From the NCBI GenBank assembly GCA_051599415.1, contig AP039697.1, forward strand, positions 372,001 through 436,000: DNA of 64,000 nt, written 5' to 3'. The position numbers were made by a program, and so were the translations under genes. The notes under the pieces were generated by a model, which had not been told where the DNA came from, searched no databases, and saw only the letters and a program-made list of their open reading frames with translations. Positions 57,128-64,000 of the stretch are shown here, piece after piece; position 1 is the first letter of the stretch, and the number at the start of each line of letters is the position of its first letter. The DNA is from Savitreella phatthalungensis (taxonomy: Eukaryota).

Positions 57128-58264
57128 ATGGATTGGCTGCTGAGTGGACCTCGCGGCAGCGTGTCGTCTCTCCATTCCAGCATTCGGATTAGTCTGGAAG
57201 TCCCATTCAGGTGGGACGAGATTGGCGTGCTCCAAATCCCGTCGACGACGCCTTCCTCACTCTTATTCGGTATCGCTGCACATCGCGGCTTCAAGCTCGA
57301 ACGAGACATCTACAACCATGTCGAAGCGCCTCGACAGGAATGGCCGCACGCGACCTGGGCACTAGAACGGATGACGAGCGACTCACCTATCGCACAGGAT
57401 CGTCGTGGCGATCCGGCCAAGCTTTCCTTCACATACGCCTGGCAGGAAGAAGCGCTTGGAGAGTCTGTCGACATCTATGTGCTCGACTCCGGAGTCCTGT
57501 GTGCGCACGAGCAATTTCTCGGGCGCGCATTGTGTCCACTCGAAGCAGTACACAACGGCGAGGTTCCTCCAACGATCATCCCGACCTCGCCGCATGGGAC
57601 AGGCGTCGCCAGCGCTGCGATGTCGGTCACGTTTGGAATGGCGAAGAAAGCGACGATTTTGTCAGTGAAAGTAGTCGACCCAGAGCTCCGAACTCCTACA
57701 AGCCAGGTCCTCCGGGGTCTCCGTTGGGTACTGCGCGAGGCTACAATGACGCGGCGCCGAAGATCCATCATTAACATCTCCCTCGGCGCACGCTCACAAG
57801 CAGATGCGTACGACCGCGCCATCACGCACACCATCAGAGAGATCAACATCCCAGTCATCACGTCCGCTGGCAATGGTGGCGGCGAAGCTTGCGCACACTC
57901 CCCGAACTCGGCCGATGGGATCATCGTGGTGTCCGGTAGCACGATCGAGGATACCTTCTATGATCGCAGCAACCACGGTCATTGTGTGTGTGTGATGGCG
58001 CCCGCTCATCACGTTGTCGTTGCCTCCATCAACGTCGATCAGCTGGACGACTTCAGGTATGTCGCCCAGCTGTCCGGCACCTCCGCCGCCGCAGGATACG
58101 TCTCCGGCATCGTCGCCATCATGATGTCCTGGCCAGAAAGACCCCGGATCAGGGCGGCCGAGCTAGAACACTGGCTGCAGAACGTTGCTTCCGAAGGCGT
58201 CCTCTTAGGCGTACCACCTGACACGTCAAACTACCTCGCTCGAGCTACCTTCCAATTCTCATGA
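57128..58264 (+). CDS. Subtilisin-like S8A protease, array copy 3, no in-frame signal peptide
   Basis: WALERMT, YVLDSG, PHGT, SAGN, SGTSAAA. In-frame TAG at 57116-57118 just upstream of the ATG. Confidence 0.8.
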   Translation: MDWLLSGPRGSVSSLHSSIRISLEVPFRWDEIGVLQIPSTTPSSLLFGIAAHRGFKLERDIYNHVEAPRQEWPHATWALERMTSDSPIAQDRRGDPAKLSFTYAWQEEALGESVDIYVLDSGVLCAHEQFLGRALCPLEAVHNGEVPPTIIPTSPHGTGVASAAMSVTFGMAKKATILSVKVVDPELRTPTSQVLRGLRWVLREATMTRRRRSIINISLGARSQADAYDRAITHTIREINIPVITSAGNGGGEACAHSPNSADGIIVVSGSTIEDTFYDRSNHGHCVCVMAPAHHVVVASINVDQLDDFRYVAQLSGTSAAAGYVSGIVAIMMSWPERPRIRAAELEHWLQNVASEGVLLGVPPDTSNYLARATFQFS

Positions 58265-58711
58265 GCGAACGTGGAGTGACCTTTGATTACATCGAGATCA
58301 CGCGTCCCATGGTGTGCCGTGTCGTTTGGCCTGGATGTGTCGCGTGCTCTCGATCACGGACCGACCGACAGACGGCGAGTCCGAACCCACCGCGAAGTAT
58401 GCAAACGTGGCGGCGAGGACTTGCCCCGAATGGGTTATGCAGACGTAACCCAAATGCTCTTTCCTTATCATCAAGGCATGTCTCAGCCAGAAGACGTGTT
58501 GCGTCCGGCGGTCGTGCTCGCTCCCAGAGTCAGACAGACATATAGAGTAGGAAAGGAAGCTCGCGTGACTACGGGCAGATGCGAGAAGACTTCTGAAGAG
58601 CTACGCACCGAAGCAGATCACTTCCGAGCCTAACAGTGCTGCGACTCTGCTTCATACGATAAGCAACAGATACTACTGTCTTAGCCGCGGTCTGCAGATG
58701 TCTAGGCGACG

Positions 58712-59929
58712 ATGAAATTTGTCTTATTGGGCCTGTTGGGATGTGCTGCGAAGGCTACGGCGAACCATCATGGGTGGATCGTCTCGACCACCGGCAGGCG
58801 TCTCGAGACTTTCCTCCACCCGCACTTTGCATCTGTGGCGGATGAGAAGAGGAAACAATGGAGTCTGCTACCGAGCGAGATCTCTCAGACGGTCCTGGCG
58901 TCACTCCGGCGGCATCGTGGCCTCAGGATGGAGGAGAACGTGCTGGCGCACCTGGACGAGCATCGCATCCTCTCCCAGACGTCGTGGGCACTCGAGCGGA
59001 TCTCCGACGCCGATTCCATACCGGCTTCCCAGCGAGGCGACGTCTACAAGGCGAATTTCATGTATACGTACGACGACAGTCACCTCGGCGCTGATGTCGA
59101 TGTGTACATCGTGGACACTGGAGTCTTGTGCGCGCACGTTGATTTCGGAGGGAGGGCATATTGCCCTCGGTCCGGGGTGATGGCAAAGGGGACTTCGACG
59201 AACCCGTCTCCTGGGGCTTCTCACGGGACCGAGATGGCGTCGGCAATCGGTGGCAACATGTGGGGTGTCGCAAAGGCGTGCAACCTGATCTCCATCAAGG
59301 TCATGGACAACGACGGCAACATCCCGCTGAGCAACATTCTGGATGCCTTCCACTGGGTCGGCTTCCAGGTCGAACACAATGGACACCGTCGCAGCCTCAT
59401 CTCCGTCTCGCTCGGCATCAAAGTCCAGAGCTCTTTCTGGAACACGCTTGTGGAATCGACAATCGGGATTCACAGGATCCCCGTCGTCACCTCCGCAGGC
59501 AACACGGCCTCTGATGCGTGTGGATCGTCGCCAAACTCCGCAGAGGGCATCGTCGTCGTCGGAGGCACGCGGATCGATGACACATTCATGCCGCTCAGCT
59601 CGCGCGGCAGGTGTGTGACTGTGCTTGCGCCGGCGGAGCATCTTATCGTTGCGTTCGCAGGTCAGAGCGTTTACGAGAGATCGTTCGTCCAGCTAAGGAC
59701 GGGAACTTCCCATGCAGCAGCATACACCGCCGGCGTCCTGGCGATTCTCCTCGCCATGCCATCGATCCCAAACCCGCTCAGAGCAACGCGGATCGGAATG
59801 CTGCTACAGCAGAACAGTCTCCAGAACGTCATCACAGGAATCCCAGACGACTTCCCCGGCACCCCAAACTACCTCGTCCAGAGCACATTCTCCCTCGGCA
59901 GTCAGGCAGCGCAAGCATTGAAGATGTAA
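58712..59929 (+). CDS. Secreted subtilisin-like S8A protease, array copy 4
   Basis: Signal peptide, WALERIS, YIVDTG, SHGT, SAGN, TGTSHAA. Confidence 0.9.
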   Translation: MKFVLLGLLGCAAKATANHHGWIVSTTGRRLETFLHPHFASVADEKRKQWSLLPSEISQTVLASLRRHRGLRMEENVLAHLDEHRILSQTSWALERISDADSIPASQRGDVYKANFMYTYDDSHLGADVDVYIVDTGVLCAHVDFGGRAYCPRSGVMAKGTSTNPSPGASHGTEMASAIGGNMWGVAKACNLISIKVMDNDGNIPLSNILDAFHWVGFQVEHNGHRRSLISVSLGIKVQSSFWNTLVESTIGIHRIPVVTSAGNTASDACGSSPNSAEGIVVVGGTRIDDTFMPLSSRGRCVTVLAPAEHLIVAFAGQSVYERSFVQLRTGTSHAAAYTAGVLAILLAMPSIPNPLRATRIGMLLQQNSLQNVITGIPDDFPGTPNYLVQSTFSLGSQAAQALKM

Positions 59930-60180
59930 ATAACAGACCCATCCGGCGAGCCAAGCATTGTACACCGAAGCGTGACCTTGTCCTGTCTGCTTGTGTTGAG
60001 AACAGCCTTGTTAGCTGTCTGTGCTGAGAATGACAGTACAAAAAAAATGCACGTGCGACGTCATAGGTGATAGACGTCCTGCGGGTAGTCACACATCCTG
60101 TCAAGACGACGCTTCGTACAACAATTCCCATCGACGTTCCTCAATAGGAACATACTGGGCCCAGGAGAAGGAGGCCGATC

Positions 60181-60984
60181 ATGCCGATCAACCAGCCGTC
60201 TAATCAGATCAAGCTGACGAACGTGTCTGTGGTGCGGTTGAAGTGGGGAGGAAAGCGGTTTGAGCTTGCGTGCTACAAGAACAAGGTGCTTGAATGGCGG
60301 AGTGGTGTGGAGAAGGACATTGACGAGGTGCTCCAGATCGAGAGTGTTTTCACGAACGTGTCGAAGGGTGCGGTGGCATCGAACGAGGATGTGAAGAAGG
60401 CGTTCGGGGACAAGTCGCGGGAGGACGTGGTCCAGGAGATCCTGAAGAAGGGAGAGCTCCAAGTAGGCGACAAGGAGCGAGGCGCGATGACAGGCACCAT
60501 CCACAAAGATATCGTCTCCATCATCTCAGACAAGACGGTCGATCCGCGCACGCGGAGACCCTACACGACCGGGATGATCGACAAGGCGCTCGCAGAGATT
60601 GGGTTCAGTGTCGGGACGACAAAGAGCGCAAAGTCTCAGGCGCTCGACGCTATCAAGATGCTCCAGGCGCAAGGCACGATCCCGATCGAGAGAGCGACGA
60701 TGAAAGTCAGGGTGACGTGTCCGCTGTCGAACCTGACGCTGCCGAAGGGTGGTGCAGCGCCTGGCGGAGACTCGAAGAAGGTCATCAAGGATCTATTGAG
60801 GGGCCACTTTGTGAAAGTGGACGACGACGACACAATCGGTGGAGACTTTGTCATCGAGGGAGACATCCAGCCTGGATCCTTCAGGCAGATCACAGACCTC
60901 CTTAGCGAGGCAACCAAGGGTAAAGCACAATGCGAGGTTCTCAATTTCTCCCAATCGACTGAAGGCGATGAGACATGGTCGTAA
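60181..60984 (+). CDS. SDO1: Ribosome maturation factor SBDS/Sdo1
   Basis: MPINQPSNQIKLTNVSVVRLK.GGKRFELACYKNKV, VFTNVSKG, ILKKGELQV, KSAKSQAL. Confidence 0.97.
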   Translation: MPINQPSNQIKLTNVSVVRLKWGGKRFELACYKNKVLEWRSGVEKDIDEVLQIESVFTNVSKGAVASNEDVKKAFGDKSREDVVQEILKKGELQVGDKERGAMTGTIHKDIVSIISDKTVDPRTRRPYTTGMIDKALAEIGFSVGTTKSAKSQALDAIKMLQAQGTIPIERATMKVRVTCPLSNLTLPKGGAAPGGDSKKVIKDLLRGHFVKVDDDDTIGGDFVIEGDIQPGSFRQITDLLSEATKGKAQCEVLNFSQSTEGDETWS

Positions 60985-61044
60985 AACGTTATATGCATAT
61001 TTCATGAAGGGTCCGATCAAGGTGTATACAAGAGTGAGAAGTTG

Positions 61045-61611
61045 TCACATTTGACGTCGTATCCGGTCAAGCATGTTGGCCATCCGATCCCCGAGTTTAG
61101 GTTGGCCTCGAGCGTTTGTGGTGTGTGCGCGCTTGTGATGGAGTTCGCGCTGTTTGATCGCAGCTTCGCGTGCATCTTTGCGAGCCTGCTGCTCAGCCAG
61201 GTATGCTTCCCGCTCTGCTGTACGCGCCGCTTTCTTCTCCTCGATCGCTGCGAGGTATCGCGCCTTGCGCTCTGCGCTGCGTGCCTTCGCGGCCTTCACG
61301 CGCGCTCGTCGTGCTGCTTCTGGATCCTCCTCTGTAGTCCCATCCCCTGTTGAGGTGGTCGTCTTGAAGGAGGCCTCCGAGGACTCCGACAAGCCTGCAC
61401 GCTTCAAAACCTTGGCATACTCTTTCCGAAGCTTGTGCTTCTGGATCAGTGCCTGCTTCACCTTGTCCTGCTTTCCCCGATACGCGCCCTCTGCGAGAGG
61501 TCGCATTTTGAAGCCATGAGATTTGCGAGGGCCAGTAGACCTGCCCTGAATGGGCTTGCTGAACTTTCCTGGCTTCTGTAACTTTCCTGACTTTCCAGTC
61601 ACTGGCGCCAT
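61045..61611 (-). CDS. FYV7: rRNA-processing protein Fyv7-like
   Basis: Basic coiled coil, VKQALIQKHKLRKEYAKVLK and C-terminal TNARGQPKLGDRMANMLDRI. Confidence 0.75.
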   Translation of the reverse strand: MAPVTGKSGKLQKPGKFSKPIQGRSTGPRKSHGFKMRPLAEGAYRGKQDKVKQALIQKHKLRKEYAKVLKRAGLSESSEASFKTTTSTGDGTTEEDPEAARRARVKAAKARSAERKARYLAAIEEKKAARTAEREAYLAEQQARKDAREAAIKQRELHHKRAHTTNARGQPKLGDRMANMLDRIRRQM

Positions 61612-61760
61612 TGCTGCGTGCCTGAAGGTGTCTCCAGTGACGTACCTATATTTGATCTTGTGGAATACAGTGAATTATGTACGGTGAAGAATAACTACAG
61701 CTGTCTATATGTACCATCCTTGTATCATGAAATTTGGCGGGACTGGATGCACACCTGTGT

Positions 61761-62924
61761 TCACGCAGCTTGATACACTTTCAGCGACCTGATTCTCCAG
61801 GACATGTCTTTGAGGGCTGTTGCCGCATCCTGAGACTGCATGTATTCGATACAGGTTGAATACTGGCTGCTGCACGGGGATGCTGACCACACTGCCTGAT
61901 TGCCTGCCCAATCGCCACAGAAGGTCAGGTCGAAGATGATGGCGTGGTTGCGGAACGACTTGACAATGTCGCAGCCTGTATCTGGGAAATTCGCATCAGG
62001 AAGTCCCCAGTCCTGCATAGTGATCCCTGCTGAACTCGAAGACGATAGATCTGCCGGAAGGTGGTCTCTTGGGAAGAACCAAACACGGATTCCATTGGTA
62101 CGCCAGTCGAGGGCGTATACACCTCCTTTGCGCTTGTTGAATGCAGCTCCGAATGACGTTGCATTCTGACTGCGAGTGCCACATCCGACGTTTGTTATTT
62201 TGGAGAAACACATGTCACTTAGAGCTTCGCCGGTCTGATTGCGGTTTTGAATGTTCCAGGTATTGCAGTTCGTGCCGGTATGCAGGGAGACCACGTTTCG
62301 AGATTGCAGGTTGACCCCCTCGATCACATCAATCTCGCCATGATCAGGCCAGTGAGTCCCATCAGTGAGCCAGAATGCGGGCCATGCGCCACAACCTGTC
62401 GGCATCTTCTCAATGTCGAGAAGGAAAAGGCCGCCAGTGTACCGGTCTGTCGACTCGATTCTGATGGAAGGAATACCGCGGGAGTTGGCGGTCACACCAG
62501 GACGTATCTCCACGTGGATCTCATTTGCTGAAATGAGATTTGATGCTTGACTCTTGGATTGGTAGTCCACAAACCCGTGCGTCGGGTCATTACGAGAGAA
62601 GAAGTCGAAACCATCAAAGAAGGATTCACCTGCATGAGTGCGTACGAGATTATATGCCTGTGAGGGATAGACAGTTGTGTGCTGAATGCTTTGTCTATGA
62701 GCTAGACTCGCGCCGAGAATGAGGACGATGACAAGCGCTGCCACGAGGTAGATGAACAATCTAGCACGCCCATCACAACCCATTCCACGCCGTCGTGACC
62801 TGCCATTCCGTGTAGGCCTTGCACTCTCTGCTCCCAGACTGTCATCGACATCGTGATCTGCCTCGAAGCTTTCAGCTAGAAGCTTGTCCTTGCCAGAAGA
62901 CTTGTCTTTCAGCTCGAAATCCAT
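61761..62924 (-). CDS. GH16 endo-1,3(4)-beta-glucanase, type II membrane anchored
   Basis: N-terminal TM helix, FFDGFDFF..DPTHGFVDY, MPTGCGAWPAFW, catalytic WPDHGEIDVIEG, FDLTFCGDWAG. Confidence 0.92.
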   Translation of the reverse strand: MDFELKDKSSGKDKLLAESFEADHDVDDSLGAESARPTRNGRSRRRGMGCDGRARLFIYLVAALVIVLILGASLAHRQSIQHTTVYPSQAYNLVRTHAGESFFDGFDFFSRNDPTHGFVDYQSKSQASNLISANEIHVEIRPGVTANSRGIPSIRIESTDRYTGGLFLLDIEKMPTGCGAWPAFWLTDGTHWPDHGEIDVIEGVNLQSRNVVSLHTGTNCNTWNIQNRNQTGEALSDMCFSKITNVGCGTRSQNATSFGAAFNKRKGGVYALDWRTNGIRVWFFPRDHLPADLSSSSSAGITMQDWGLPDANFPDTGCDIVKSFRNHAIIFDLTFCGDWAGNQAVWSASPCSSQYSTCIEYMQSQDAATALKDMSWRIRSLKVYQAA

Positions 62925-63865
62925 ACGTCAGCCCTCTGCTCCATCGACCATGTGGTGCATCGACCTGATGAAAGGTATGATCACATGGACGAACAAATCC
63001 AGATTGGGAAATGTTGCAATCATATGCAATCATTGATTCAATTGCTTTCGAGATGCATATAACCAGCTGATATGTGTTACCACACATGTACAGTACAGAA
63101 ACCATTTGATGAATGCCCTAATCACGCACTGCATGGATTATTCTGCATCACAATTAATTAACGTCAAAGCTGCTTGCTTGATTGACTGAATAAATGAACG
63201 ATCATGATTCGAATACACGTGCGAATGCACGCAGAAGTGGCAAGCCTGGAACCTACTACTATTTTAATCAAGTGACAGCACGATTCGCCACGCTATGCAG
63301 CGCAGCACCGTCTCCATGTATATACTCGCTTATGCTCATACTCTCACTTGCGTTGATAGCTTGCAACGAGCCGAGCCGGATTCCTTGCGCAAGGATCTTT
63401 GCTTGTGCGTCGAAGCGTTGTGTCTACTGACAGGTTGCCGGCGCATGTCGTGTGCTTACTGTAGACCACAGCTTGGGAGGGACGAAACGTGTCTGTTGCG
63501 TAACAGTATGATTGCCAAGAGAGCGCGGGATCAAGCATGTGGCACTAGACTTCCGAGGGACATTAAGTAGAAGGTCATTTTGGAAGACTCTAAATGCGAC
63601 GGTCACGGGACAAGACACGTAGGTAGGGAGGCGAAGCGCGTAACAGAACCAAAAATAGATATCTTCCATATCCACCGTCATACCCTGCCCCGTTCGCCCA
63701 CAGTCCAATCTAATCTTGCCCTCATACCAAAGCTCATTCACACGGCTGTGCGATTACCCGCAGAGTAGTTCCGCTATTGCATTCGCATCGCATACTTGAC
63801 ACGGTCGTGCTTGCACAGCCTGCGAGCCTGTCCGAAACGTGGTCGGAATGGTTGCGACGGGCTGC

Positions 63866-63897
63866 AGGGGCGTTGGAGAGGCGGATATAAAGAGGGG
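63866..63897 (+). promoter_or_regulatory. TATA box (TATAAA 63886-63891) flanked by AGGGG (STRE-like) sites; probable promoter of a + strand gene beyond the window
   Basis: Motif matches followed by an ATG-free, pyrimidine-rich stretch to the window end. Confidence 0.4.
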
Positions 63898-64000
63898 TCT
63901 GTGTCTTCCAAGTCGATAGAAAAGTATCACCCAAGCAACCTTTCTCGATATTCCGGTTTCCTTACTGTTGCCCGCATACCAGCACCTCCAAATACTCTCA

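Overview
Gene-dense eukaryotic (ascomycete fungal) DNA with few, short (47-67 nt) GT-AG introns. The gene set (urg1-like next to a UPRT, csk1-, adg3-, ksg1- and sep1-like genes) suggests a Taphrinomycotina-type fungus; this taxon is my inference. About 31 protein-coding genes can be read. Most are housekeeping: Elf1, Hst2, Wapl, Rheb, TBCA, Mss4, forkhead TF, Mad1, Syp1, CAK-like kinase, XPD, Ltn1, SUN, Hsp31, Arp10, Bud31, perilipin, PDK1, SBDS, Fyv7, GH16. The accessory-looking part is a tandem array of four intronless, highly diverged proteinase-K-type subtilases (54.1-59.9 kb). All four keep the catalytic triad, but all have lost the canonical Met after the catalytic Ser. Other notable features: an Mss4 ORF joined in frame to a second conserved ORF by a single TGA plus 6 nt; a CAK-like kinase whose CDS overlaps the XPD CDS; 0.85-1.66 kb strictly AUG-free regions upstream of three regulatory genes; and two candidate structured RNA elements. 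I recognised no tRNA, rRNA, transposon or CRISPR. All family assignments come from motif recognition by eye, not database searches.
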